Position numbers and translations under genes: made by a program | Shown here: positions 1-11,650 of the stretch, in pieces | Layout of the letters: every line of letters begins with the position of its first letter | Numbering within the stretch: position 1 is the first letter of the stretch | Source: Psammoneis japonica | Taxonomy: Eukaryota | NCBI GenBank assembly: GCA_008632985.1 | Contig: QPGO01000034.1 | Span: forward strand, 573,311 to 634,362 | DNA length: 61,052 nucleotides | Reading direction: 5' to 3' | The notes under the pieces: generated by a model | Seen by the model: only the letters and a program-made list of their open reading frames with translations | Told to the model about the DNA's origin: nothing | Database searches by the model: none

Positions 1-421
1 GGCCAGAACGAACAACCGACGCTCTGAATATCATGGTGACGCCCAACGAACGGCAGGTGAAAATGGCGAAAGAGAAGGCGACACGCGACGCACGCACGCA
101 CGGACGGATACACGTACAGTAGTACGTACGTTACGTACGTACTGTACATACAGCGACGGACGGACGGATCAAGGGATTATGGCATGTAGTACAGTGCTTG
201 TACTCGCTCTCTACTCTCTAGGCCCTAAAGCTAAAGCAGTAATCCCTTGGACGAATGAAGGAAAGATCATCTAGCCCTGTCGCATCAGGTATGCTCTACT
301 CTCGCTAGCTAGAGAGTAGAGTAGAGAGAGAGAGAGAGAGAGCAGCACCAGCTGTTGTGCTGTGAGCTCTCTCTTGTCACATTTGACGGCAAATTGGCTT
401 CGCCAATTTTGATCGTTCGTT

Positions 422-906
422 TCATCCGCCTGGAGTGCTCACCGGCCTTGTCATGGGCATGCTCTTTCGCTTCAAAAACCTCTGCTCCGACACTGATGAT
501 GCCAAAGCAAAAATGAGACTGCTCTGCCTTCGACTTCAAGCTCGAGGCTGCAAGCCCAGCAAACTACAACCGCTCTTCCACAAGGCACATGACCGCATCT
601 TTGGCAATGCCACCGGAACAATCCAAGCACCTCAGTCGAACCCCATCTTTCTGCACATCCCCTGTCATCCGAATGATCCGCCATCAAGTGAACTGCAGCA
701 AATTTGGAAAGGTGCCATGGCCACCCCTCCCCACTCACAACCCCTCTCAAACCTTCGAAATCACGCTCGACAACGCATCGGCCTTGACCGCATGATTGTC
801 TGTCACAGCCGCTCACACAACCTCGGAAACCTTCTGTCTTATCGCAAACTTTGCATCTCCCATGGCCCCCCAGTTTCGTCCTACCGGATTACAAATAGGG
901 AGGCCC

Positions 907-941
<35 letters not shown>

Positions 942-956
942 GGTGATTTGAATTAA
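422..956 (+). mobile_element. Penelope-like retroelement, 5'-truncated RT C-terminal (thumb) remnant with no GIY-YIG domain seen, ending in (GA)n
   Basis: Translation HPPGVLTGLVMGMLFRFKNLCSD..RLQARGCK..IFLHIPCHPNDP..IVCHSRSHNLGNLL matches the recalled PLE RT C-terminal pattern (HP..G...R...LCS..L..RGY; L.IPYHP; I.YSR..NL..LL), with Tyr replaced by Cys/His. It is followed by (GA)n at about 908-939 and a hammerhead motif. Confidence 0.7.
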
Positions 957-1024
957 TCAATCGAGTCAACTCGCCTGTCCTCCACCACTCGGATTTTTTA
1001 ACGCAACAACCTCAACCACGTCAA

Positions 1025-1093
1025 CAACAACAGCCGGCCGCTGATGAAGCCACCGCGAAAGTCTCATTCTCCTGACTTCGGCCAACGTTGTTG
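1025..1093 (+). ncRNA. Type I hammerhead ribozyme
   Basis: Stem I GGCCG(1036-1040)/CGGCC(1079-1083), extended across an internal loop by CAACAAC(1025-1031)/GTTGTTG(1087-1093). Core CTGATGA(1041-1047)+A, short stem II GC-CACC-GC, GAAA(1057-1060), stem III GTC/GAC, then UH=TT. Predicted cleavage at 1078/1079. Lies just 3' of a PLE ORF, where such ribozymes are expected. Confidence 0.8.
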
Positions 1094-1251
1094 TGCCTGC
1101 TATTTACCGAAATAGTTGGATAAATATCCGATTAAGTAGCTCTACCTTAGCTACTTGTATTCTTTGTTTGTCACATTTGACGGAGAATCGGCTGCGCCGA
1201 TTCGTTCGTTCGTTCGAGAGAGAGAGAGAGAGCAGCTCTCTCCAATGGCAG

Positions 1252-1678
1252 CTGTGCCGCCCCCCGCGCGGCGACATGAACTGAGAAACAGCTGGATCCG
1301 CCTCTATTCTCCAATAGAGTGGGGCCTATACTAGAGTAGAGAGTAGAGTAGCTAGCTAGAGCTACTTCTACTAGCTAGTGCAGACAAACAGAAGTAGATC
1401 TCTGGCTAGCTCAGCCACACACGGCAGCTGCAGAGCTGATCTAGAGTAGAGAGAGAGAGAGAGTAGCTCTCTCTCTCCCTAGTAGTTCCTGTGCCGACGC
1501 CCCCCGCGCGGCAACATGAACTGAGAAACAGCTCGATCCGCCTCTATTCTCCAATAGAGTGTGGCCTTTACTAGAGTAGAAAGTAGAATAGCTGGCTAGG
1601 GCCGCTTCTGCTGGCTAGTGCAGACAAACAGAAGTAGAACTCTAGCTAGCTCAGCTACATACGGTAGCTGCAGAGCTG
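1252..1678. repeat. Two-copy direct repeat, period 240 bp, rich in CTAG/AGAGT low-complexity motifs
   Basis: About 1252-1438 aligns with about 1489-1678 (e.g. CCCCCGCGCGGC.ACATGAACTGAGAAACAGCT at 1261 and 1501). Confidence 0.9.
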
Positions 1679-1751
1679 CCGAAAAAGTAGTGAACGGTTT
1701 ATTCCCTTTAATCTAGGGCATCGTAGACTCCTTAGCGTTAGCGCACTGCGT

Positions 1752-2927
1752 TCAGTCTTCCTCCACCACTCGACCATCCTTGTCGAACGCCATGTATTTC
1801 AACGGGGCAAATGTCCGTCGATGAATTGGAGATGCTCCATGCGTCCGAACTGCAGCCATGTGAAGTGCTGTAGGATAGCCCTTGTGCTTTCCAAGTTGGT
1901 ACGCTGGGTACATGATGTCGTAGTCTCGCATGAGGCGATCCCTAGTCACTTTTGCCAGGATGGACGCAGCTGCAATCGAATACTCTCTCGAATCGCCTTT
2001 AATCATTGCTTCGGCTTCGCAGGGCATATCTTCTGGCACTCGATTGCCATCAACCAAAGCGAAAAAAGTGGTTGCTTTATTCTCTGTTTTGCTGCTAGAC
2101 TTTTCGCCATCACTGATGGTTTCACCCTTGACAACATAACATCCTTTATGTTTGACAGAAGCCTTGTCAAAAACATGATGTTTTGGTGATGAATGCATCA
2201 GTGCAGATGCAGCCATGTGCATACCCTGCATTGTGGCTTGTAATATATTTATTTCGTCGATTCGAGCTGCGTCGACAATAGCGACTGCCCAGGAAACGTT
2301 GGGGCTAGAAACAATCATTTCGTATAGCTCCTCTCGTTGCTCTTCCTTTGTCATTTTCTTACTGTCCTTAATGCCAACAATATCTTCGGTCACAATTGCA
2401 GCAGCTGCAACAACTGGTCCAGCTAGCGGACCACGTCCTGCCTCATCAACCCCCATGACCCGTGAAACTGCATTTCCGCTTTCTTGTTTTACCTCAAGCT
2501 CACGGGTGCGTGGTAGGCATGCTTTGTCTACTGTTTTTGTCTGGGTAGTATTATTCGTTGGTTTCTTCGCAGCGTTGGCCGTTGAATCCATTTTCTTTTG
2601 GAGTTTCGCCTTTTGCGGTTTTGGCTTTTCATCTTTGCCCTGTTCGTCTCTTGACGACGTTGCTAAGCCACGCAGTTTTTGGAGTCTGGCGCTACGACGA
2701 CGAATTTGCGTCTTCATGTTTGTGACATCAAGTGATCGAAAATGGCATATACTTCCAAAGCTACAAAAGGATACTCCGTGATGAAGTACTTGCCGTTTTT
2801 GAATCGGATGGACAAGACACCACGAGGATGACGTTAGGCAGGAAAAAACAACAAGGGGCGGAATGCACAAGCGTCTCGATCTCAAAGATATTCTTGAAAC
2901 GACACTCGGTGAGAGACCACCACACAT
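1752..2927 (-). CDS. rnhB: Ribonuclease HII, bacterial-type, with N-terminal extension (possible organelle targeting; alternative ATG at 2717)
   Basis: Motifs GVDEAGRGPLAGPVVAAA, DSKK, INILQAT, LVDGN, KGDSREYSIAAASILAKVTRD, HKGYPT, SPIHRRTF. Uninterrupted 391-aa ORF with normal CpG and TpA content. Confidence 0.95.
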   Translation of the reverse strand: MCGGLSPSVVSRISLRSRRLCIPPLVVFSCLTSSSWCLVHPIQKRQVLHHGVSFCSFGSICHFRSLDVTNMKTQIRRRSARLQKLRGLATSSRDEQGKDEKPKPQKAKLQKKMDSTANAAKKPTNNTTQTKTVDKACLPRTRELEVKQESGNAVSRVMGVDEAGRGPLAGPVVAAAAIVTEDIVGIKDSKKMTKEEQREELYEMIVSSPNVSWAVAIVDAARIDEINILQATMQGMHMAASALMHSSPKHHVFDKASVKHKGCYVVKGETISDGEKSSSKTENKATTFFALVDGNRVPEDMPCEAEAMIKGDSREYSIAAASILAKVTRDRLMRDYDIMYPAYQLGKHKGYPTALHMAAVRTHGASPIHRRTFAPLKYMAFDKDGRVVEED

Positions 2928-3384
2928 TCACTCTTGGCGCTTTATTCAGCTTTTAAAACGAATTAAAGGCAATCACCATTACTTTTGAGTTTTGAGTCGA
3001 CACCGTCAAATGATTTCCTGTCCAATTCTTTCACCGTCGACATTATTTCCACCATGAACATTGGATTTTTGATTTTTGGATTTGGTCCAGATTGCTTGGC
3101 GGGAAGAGGATGATTCATTCTGATTGGCCATCTTGCGTCATCATTAAGATCTTTACTATCAGATCAACGTATGTAGAACTTCCGTATCCTTTTTACAGAA
3201 CCGTATCCACACACCCTCAAAGTTCCGACAAATCCTCTGAATTTTCATCGGCATGCGGGTTCTTTCGTACGAGTGATACGTAGGTTTCTACGTGAAAACG
3301 AAAATTCTTCGCAGCTGCCGCCAGTCAGAGCTCTCATCCCTCATCCTTTTTCTTCATCATCGTGCACAACACGAACCTGGCAAG

Positions 3385-6300
3385 ATGATGTCCTCAACAG
3401 CGCCTCGGCTGTCAGTTGGCAGCCGAAGCTTATCTCGCGGAAGAATAGGACAGAGAGTCGTTGCTCGCGGAAAGACTGCTCGAGCCTCCGCTCGTTGGGT
3501 GGCTCCAACGACTGCACTCAGGCATCAGTTGCAGTCGCTCACTTTCTACTCGACCGAAAAGATTGTTGAACTCCGTTCAGGACGTGCGAAAGACGATTTG
3601 CCTCGTACTCTGCATGACGGGACTCGTGAGACAGAGAACTGTGGTGTGGGACTCGTTGCCTCTCTCAAGTCCGTTGCCAGTCGTCGAGTTGTTGATGACG
3701 CGGATGAAATGCTTGTTCGTATGAGTCACAGAGGAGGATGCGGATGCGATCCTGCCAGTGGCGACGGAGCTGGTAAGTAGTGTTGGCCCATATGATGAGC
3801 ATCGACTCGCTAGTTCTAGCTTCTGATGTCGTTTCGACCATCTAATTCTGTTCCCGGTCCGCTCAACAGGCATGCTTTTCGGAATGCCTGACTCGTTCAT
3901 GAGATCACAGGCGAAAGAACACTTTGGTGCAGATCTCCCGCCTTTGGGGGAGTACGCCGTCTCTAACGTCTTTTTCCCACACGGAAACGAAAAGGCCTAT
4001 ATCGACTGCAAGGATCTCTTGGAGAGAAACGTGAAGGATCGCGGTCTTACGGTGATGGGATGGAGGCCTGTGCCTGTAGACAACTCCATGCTGGGAAAAG
4101 ATCCGCTCGACTCGGAGCCCGTCACGGAACAAATCTTTGTGACCAACTCGGGATCCAGGAAATACTCTCAACGAGAGTTCGAGCAGGAACTCATGCGCAT
4201 CAGGAAGATGACCGAAGATGAAGCAGCCCTAATGCTTGGACCGGAGAGTGGCTTCTACATCAACTCTCTCACTTCGCAGACCATCACCTACAAGGGGCAG
4301 CTGACACCGGAGCAAGTGTCGCAGTACTTCCTTGACTTGAAGGACCCTACATTTGTTTCCCATCTGGCTTTGGTTCATTCGCGTTTCTCTACCAACACAT
4401 TTCCTTCTTGGGAACGTGCTCAACCTATTCGTATGATGTGCCACAACGGTGAGATCAACACTCTCAGAGGTAACAAGAACTGGATGTTTAGTCGTGGCGG
4501 AATCATGGTTTCGGATGTATACGGTGATGATACCACTCATCTCTTGCCCGCCACAAGTGATAACATGAGTGACAGCGGAAACTTTGACAGCGTGCTGGAA
4601 CTCATGACGAAAGCGAGCAACCGAAGCCTCCCCGAGGCCGTCATGATGATGATTCCGGAGGCATGGCAAGACAACGATAACCTGTCGGATACGAAAAAGG
4701 CATTTTACGAGTACAACTCGTGTGTCATGGAGCCGTGGGATGGACCTGCCATGGTTGCCTTTACCGATGGGCGCTACATTGGAGCCACCCTGGACCGTAA
4801 CGGTCTCCGTCCCTCACGCTACTACGTGACCAACGACGATCACGTCATGCTCTCGTCCGAGATTGGTGTTTGTCCAGACCTCCCTGATTCCGATGTCAAG
4901 ATCAAGCATCGTTTGGAACCGGGAAAGATGTTCTTGGTCGATTTTGAGACCGAACGTATTGTTCCAGATAACGAAATTAAGGAAGAAGTTGCATCGATGA
5001 ATCCCTACGGCGAGTGGGTGGACGACGCGATGATTGACTTGGAATCGTGGACAAAGAAGACAGTCGAAAAGAGAGGAAAGATGGACTTCTCGCAGACGAA
5101 CCGTAGGCTTAACATGTTTGGATTCAGCATTGAGAAGTTGGAGATGCTCTTGCTGCCGATGGCTGTTGGAGGAAAAGAAGCCCTTGGAAGCATGGGCAAC
5201 GACTCCGCACTTGCGGTACTTTCAGAGAAGCCGCGCCAAGTCAACGACTATTTCAAACAACTGTTTGCGCAGGTAACGAACCCTCCTATTGATCCTATCC
5301 GGGAGGAGATTGTCATGTCCCTTGTTTGTCCAGTCGGACCGGAAGGCAATCTTTTGTCTGAGCCAAGTAAAAAGCATTGCGAGCGTCTTGTCGTTCGTCA
5401 CCCAGTTCTTACGCTTGAGGAAATGAAAACAATTAAGAACCACGAATACAAGAACGCTGAGGGAAAGACCGCATTCAGGACAGCCGTGATCGATACCACT
5501 TTCCCCGTCGGAAGTGGAGTCGATGGCATGCTTCATGTAAGTCGTCTCTGATTTTTTCTTGTCAATATGCAAATACCATCTGTTAAACCTGTAATTTTTC
5601 TTCTCGGTTACGTTTCAGGCGCTTGAACGCATTTGTGACGAGGCTGCTGAAGCCATCCAAGGAAATCTCGGCGAGTCCGGTGTTCAGGGAGTTATTCTTT
5701 CTGATACGCTCGCTGGACCTGACAGAATGCCACTTCCTTCCCTCCTAGCTGTTGGTGCCGTCCACCAGCATTTGATTAAGACGAAGCAACGTCCCAAGGT
5801 AAGAGTTTCTTGCGCATGATATTACAGTCACTTCTTGAGAGAATGGTGCTGCTAACATGGAAACCCGTTGTGCGTTCTAGTCTGCAATCTTTGCGGAGGT
5901 GGGAGATGCGAAAGAGGTTCATGACTATGCAACGCTCTTTGGATACGGTTGCGATGGTGTCTGTCCTTATGTTGCTTATGAAGCTATCTGTAAAATGAAC
6001 GAAGAAGGTCTTGTGGAGGCAAAGGCGAAGCAGCAGTTTACAGACGATGAAATCATCGGGAACTATCGCAAGGCGGCCGCGAAGGGATTGCTGAAGGTTA
6101 TGAGCAAAATGGGCATCTCCACTCTTCAGAGCTACAAGGGAGCCCAGGTAAGCTTCATTCTAGAGTTCTTGTCTCTGTTATTACTGTTTTGATTGCTCAG
6201 CCTGTTCTTTCCTTGTTGCTCCTAGGTATTCGAAGCTGTAGGTCTTGCTGATGAAATTGTTGACCGATGTTTCACGGGCACAACAACTCGTATTCAAGGA

Positions 6301-8598
6301 ACGGATTTCGATGCCTTGTACCGTGACCTCGAGAGATTCCACCAAGATGCATACCCGACACATGGCGGTGAAACAACTCCATTGGTGAGGAACGACGGAC
6401 AATTCCACTTCCGTGATGGAGGGGAAGCGCATCTCAACACACCCGTTGGAATGGTGAACCTTCAGTTGGCGGCCCGAACGAATTCCCGGGAGGCTTACAA
6501 AGAATTCTCTCGGGCCACCAACGAGATGAACAAGAAGGTGACACTGCGCGGACAGCTGAAATTTAAATTTGATCCATCGCGCGCTGTTCCGCTTGATGAA
6601 GTTGAGCCGGCATCGGAAATTGTAAAGCGATTTGCCACTGGAGCAATGTCGCTAGGATCGATCAGTCGGGAGGCACACGAGACCCTTGCGGTTGCAATGA
6701 ACGCCCTCGGCGGGCGCTCTAACACTGGTGAAGGAGGCGAAGACCCTGCTCGTTTCGAAGACAATCGTCGCTCTAGCATCAAGCAAGTTGCCTCCGGAAG
6801 GTTTGGTGTAACTTCGCATTATCTCGCAAACAGTGACCAGATCCAGATCAAAATGGCCCAAGGTGCAAAGCCCGGCGAAGGCGGAGAGCTTCCAGGTTTC
6901 AAGGTTTCAGAATACATTGCATCCAACAGGCACACCACCCCGGGTGTCGGCTTGATTTCTCCACCACCTCACCACGATATTTACTCAATCGAAGATCTTG
7001 CGCAGCTTATTCACGATCTCAAGAACGCTCAACCCGAAGGCGAAGTTTCGACAAAGCTTGTTTCAGAGGTTGGTGTCGGTGTCGTTGCTGCCGGTGTTGC
7101 CAAGGCCCTTTCCGATCACATTACCATCAGTGGTCATGACGGAGGAACAGGTGCGGCAGCCTGGACCGGTGTCAAGGGCGCAGGATTGCCGTGGGAACTT
7201 GGACTTGCCGAGACGCAACAGACTCTTGTGCTGAATGGGCTTCGAGATAGGATCAAGCTTCAAACTGATGGTCAACTCAAGACTGGTCGAGATGTTGCGA
7301 TCGCCGCTCTTCTCGGTGCTGAAGAGTTTGGTTTTGCAACGGCACCGTTGATTACTATGGGTTGTATTATGATGCGTAAGTGTCATTTGAACACCTGCCC
7401 GGTTGGCATTGCAACGCAGGACGAGGAACTTCGTCGAAAGTTTTCCGGGCAACCCGAGCATGTAATGAATTATTTCTTTTTGATGGCGGAAGAGATCCGC
7501 GAAATTATGGCGAAACTCGGCTACAGAAAGATGGAAGACATGATCGGACAAACACAGCATTTAGATGTGAACAGGAGAGGGCTCCACTACAAGAGCCGCG
7601 GTTTGGATTTGAGTCCCCTCTTGACACCTGCTTCCGAACTTAATCCATCCGCCGGTGTGCGCAACCTCACTGGACAGTACCACGGTCTCGACGTCGCGCT
7701 GGATAACGAGTTCATCGACAAAGCGCGCGAAGCCCTCGAGGAGAAGAAGCCTGTTGTCATCGAAGGCACAATCACGAACATTAACAGGACTGCCGGTACA
7801 ATGCTCTCTTGCGAAGTGTCAAAGCGTCACGGAAAAGAAGGTTTGCCAGAAGATACCATCCAATTGAAGCTGAAGGGCCACGGGTAAGCAATCACATGTG
7901 ATGTGCGTTTCTATTTCATTTTGCGCTTTGATCTGACACTCCATCCCTCAATCGCCGTCTACCGTAGTGGCCAGTCCATGGCATTCACCCTTGCAAAAGG
8001 TATCACCATGACTGTCGAGGGTGATGCCAACGACTACACCGGCAAGGGACTTTCCGGTGGAAAGATCGCTGTGTTCCCCGCTAAGGACGTAGTGGAAGGT
8101 GGATTCACTCCTGAGGAGCACGTCGTGGTTGGCAACGTTTGCCTGTACGGTGCTACCTCTGGTAAAGCCTTCTTCCGCGGAAAGGCGGGCGAGCGCTTTT
8201 GTGTTCGAAACTCCGGCGCTCTCGCTGTTGTGGAAGGCGTCGGCGACCATGGTTGCGAGTACATGACGGGAGGACATGTGGTTGTTCTCGGTGAAACGGG
8301 GCGGAATTTCGCCGCAGGTATGAGTGGTGGAATTGCGTACATTTATGACCCTGACAATAAGTTCCCAGCCAGGTGTAATATGGGCTTAGTCGGTCTCGAA
8401 AAAATCGAAACAGAAGAAGAGAAGCAGGAGGTGTATGATTACATCAAAGAGCATGTCGAGTTCACCGGCAGCACTGTCGGCCAGGAAATGCTTGACAATT
8501 GGGATGTGAGAGTGAATCAGTATGTGAAGGTGATGCCACACGACTACAAGCGCGTGCTCCTTGAACGCGAGGCAGCTGCCAAGGAGCAAGCCGCGTAG
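3385..8598 (+). CDS. gltB: Glutamate synthase (GOGAT) large subunit, 6 exons, 1596 aa, probably the mitochondrion-targeted NAD(P)H type
   Basis: join(3385..3772,3870..5536,5619..5798,5881..6147,6226..7883,7968..8598) = 4791 nt, in frame, all introns GT-AG. Motifs: CGVG N-terminal nucleophile, [57 protein letters not shown] [3Fe-4S], GCEYMTGG. No fused small subunit. Confidence 0.97.
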
Positions 8599-8702
8599 TT
8601 TCCGGTGTTAATTTTTACGGCAGCATCCTCCATTTCGTCTTTTAAGTTTGCAGTTTCATTTTTATAAGTTAGCAGTTTCATTTTTATGAAGTCTTAGCGC
8701 GA

Positions 8703-9308
8703 CTATTGACTCGTGCCGAGTAGTTCGTAGTAGCCTTTCCCGGACATATGAAGGCCGTCCGGAGCCCAATTTGCGTCACTAGGATAGAACCTTATTGGGA
8801 ACGGAACGAATGTCGCTTTTGAAGATGCTTCGCAATATTCTTCGAGACCTTTATTTATTGCATTCGCCAACAGTGCCGCGTCTTGAACAGCACGCTGATA
8901 TCCTGAAGGAGGGATACCGATACACATGGTTGACACACCCTGTCGGTGACAAACATCGTGCAACTTCTTGATAGAGTCCAGGATGGGTTCAGGATTGCTC
9001 TCGTAACCGAGATCATTGGTTCCTGCTAGGATAATGACCAATGAGAGGGATGGATCAGAAACAGCTCTTATCAATGAACGTACACCAATCTGGGGAGCAT
9101 CTAGTTTGTTAGCCATCTGAGATGCTGTTATGCTGTCCATCCCGGGCGGGAGGCCTCGGTGACGCACAACGACGTCATCTGTGGATAAGTCATTTCGAAG
9201 AAAAGATTCCAAATGAGGAGCATAAGGAAATTCCTGCGTAGGAGGAGGAGAGGCACCAGCCGTGAGCGAATCCCCATGAGTTGTCCCACACTTCCAAAAG
9301 TGGGCCAT
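8703..9308 (-). CDS. SGNH/GDSL-family hydrolase; native 5' end apparently replaced by decayed TE sequence (possible pseudogene)
   Basis: Blocks GDSLTAG, GLPPG, IILAGTNDLG, DGLH. Upstream of GDS the sequence switches abruptly to TA/CG-depleted DNA. The nearest in-frame ATG (9308) lies in that DNA. Confidence 0.75.
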   Translation of the reverse strand: MAHFWKCGTTHGDSLTAGASPPPTQEFPYAPHLESFLRNDLSTDDVVVRHRGLPPGMDSITASQMANKLDAPQIGVRSLIRAVSDPSLSLVIILAGTNDLGYESNPEPILDSIKKLHDVCHRQGVSTMCIGIPPSGYQRAVQDAALLANAINKGLEEYCEASSKATFVPFPIRFYPSDANWAPDGLHMSGKGYYELLGTSQ

Positions 9309-11650
9309 CAGAGTTGCCAGTGCTTGGGTCTGTCTCAAGAAGCATCTCCATGACACCCCTGAGGAGCATCGTGCTGGACAGTGCAGCATGGCAGCATGCT
9401 GCAACCCTTTCGGTCAAGTTTTGACAAGGCTGCTTTGCCTTCCTCTGGCACTGGATGTGTCAAGTGCCATGCTGCATCCTTCAGAGCCTCAAATTGACAG
9501 ACAAGATGCAATGGAGTCCTTTCTCCCTGTGGCTCAATGCTCAGCAGCGCATCCAGATGAGCTCAAATGAGGGCCTCAGCAATGTCTGCATGGGGGCATC
9601 TTTGATTGCAGGTGTGATGGAACACAGTCCATCCGTCCTGTCCAGCACAACCTGCACATTGCCGGCAACTGTGGCATGGCTCTGGTGCAGCTCACCAGTT
9701 TGCAATGCACAGGGCATTGTGAATCAAAGAAGGGTCATCTTGTGCAAGTTGCAACATGTTTCCCAGGCTTGTGGGCTGGTTTGATGAAATCATCCCATGT
9801 CACAGCATGGGCCCGAGCCCCCCATCTGAAAGAAAGTCACCACTGCTGACACCCCAGCTCTGGTGGAAGACAGAGTTGCTTGACAAATCCGATTTGTCTC
9901 ACGTGCATCCTGCAGAAACTCAGTTGCATCTGTGCCTTCCTGTGCAACTGCTGTGGTTGTTGCAGCTCTGCCAATGGCAGAAAGAATTGCAGGATGAGTC
10001 TGTGTCTGAGTCTGCTGACAGCGGACAGAATTGCAGGATGAGTCTGTGTCTGAGAGGAGTCAGGTGCATTTCCCAAATGCTCTGATCCTTTTTCTTCTTG
10101 ACCGCAGGACTCCCCATTGCGCTCCGCCCCTGTTGATGCCACTGTTGGCAGACGCAACAATGAATTGTTGTTTGCTTCTCACCTCTTTTTTGTTGCAACC
10201 TTTGTCACCATTTTTAAGAGAGTGGTTGCGTGCAAGATGCGCAACTCCACCATGTGTTTGGGTTGGACTTTGCTCTTGTTGCACCTCCTCCTGCTTTGCT
10301 GTTCAAGGCACTCAAGCTCTGCTGTTGGCGGCTGCACCACTCTCTGATCTTGCACTTCACCAACCAAGAATCATGTTGATGACAACTTGCACGCTGATGT
10401 CCACAACATGTCACTGCAGACCATTTTGGCAAGCACGTTCTAATGTTTGTGTCCTCCAAGGATTTCCTTGATCAGAAGCTCCAAATGCCTTGAGCTTGGA
10501 GAAGCTCAACCTGCTTCTCCACTGGGCTTGGAAGCTGCTTGGATGGTTGCACAATTCTGAGAGGTTGACGGTTGGCATGCCCAAGTGCAAACCCAGTGAA
10601 CTCCTGACAGTCCTCCACAATTGGAGGAGCTCCAAGGTTGGTTGGTTGCTTGGGGAGCCATCTTCTCCACTTTGGACAAAAGAGAAAGATGAGACACCAA
10701 GGTCAGTCATTTGGAGAAACCTGGCAACACTGTGACCCCAGCTGACTGGCTTGTGAAGGTCACCCAGATCCAGCATGGTCCAAAAGGGCATTTGCAGTGG
10801 CGGGAACACTCCCAGCCTGCCAGAGCAAAGCTCCAAGCCTTGCTGTTTGCACACTCTGATGAGACAAGTCAGAAGCAGCAAAAGCAATCCAGGCATCATG
10901 TGCAGGAGCTGGCTTGGCCCATGGAATCTCTCTGGGTCAAAGACAAGGGCTGACTCATTGTGGCATTGCAGGCTGATCAAGACAACCAAGCCAAGCCACT
11001 GCGTCAAATGGCACCATGTGCAGCTTGTGGGCAACTGCGCGAGGCACGCCACTTGGCAGAAGCAGGGTTTCTTTCAGCATTGTCAGCCCACAATGGCAGG
11101 TTGATGCAGCCAACACCATTGTCACCAGCGGCCTGCCAAATGCAGTGAGGGCAGCTGGGGTGGCCTCTCATTGTCATCCATCATCTGCCTGTCTGTCTCC
11201 TGACACGAGCAACTGTCCGTCATGTGGCAACTCCTCCAAGAGCTTGGCCGCTCACCAGGTGGCCTCTCCTTGTGCTGGGCCCACCATCTTGGCACCAAGG
11301 AAATGGCACGCACAGGGGCAGGTTGTCAAACAGTGTGGGGTGCCACACATGACAACAGCGCTGACATGGAAGGTCATCCTCTGAGCAATTGCACCTTGTG
11401 TGCGGCACAAATTTCATGCCACACACAAGGTGGAGGACATGACAAGGTTGCACTGCACACAAAGGCGAGTCCATCACTCACTCAATGGGGTGATTTTTAG
11501 AGTTGTCACACATTGCCCCTTTGTCATTTTAATCAAAATGGTCAAATGCAGCTTTAAACTGCCATCATGCAGTGCAGGAGATGGCAGATCTTGTGGCACA
11601 AATGTCACCAGTCTAACACCAGCAACAAGACAGTCAACACAGAAAATGTG
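9280..11650 (-). mobile_element. Heavily decayed Ty1/Copia pol remnant (RT/RNase H, possibly integrase)
   Basis: Only weak residual motifs on the minus strand: EKQVELLQAQGIW (RT start, about 10480-10520), LVKCKIR (cf. VKKYKAR), and an LTKG-like end near 9410. Many frameshifts. Confidence 0.4.

Noticed and set aside
111..148. Palindrome-like GTACAGTA...TACTGTAC
   Set aside because: Built from self-complementary (TACG)n/GTAC low-complexity sequence; no evidence of function.
373..1213. ~45-bp direct repeat with hairpin (373-422 and 1168-1213) showing apparent covariation
   Set aside because: One compensatory pair is explained by symmetric CpG decay, and two copies are too few to claim a structured RNA or a TSD.
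3292..8598. Separate GOGAT ORFs in the ORF track as split genes or frameshifts
   Set aside because: They join in frame through five GT-AG introns into one gene.
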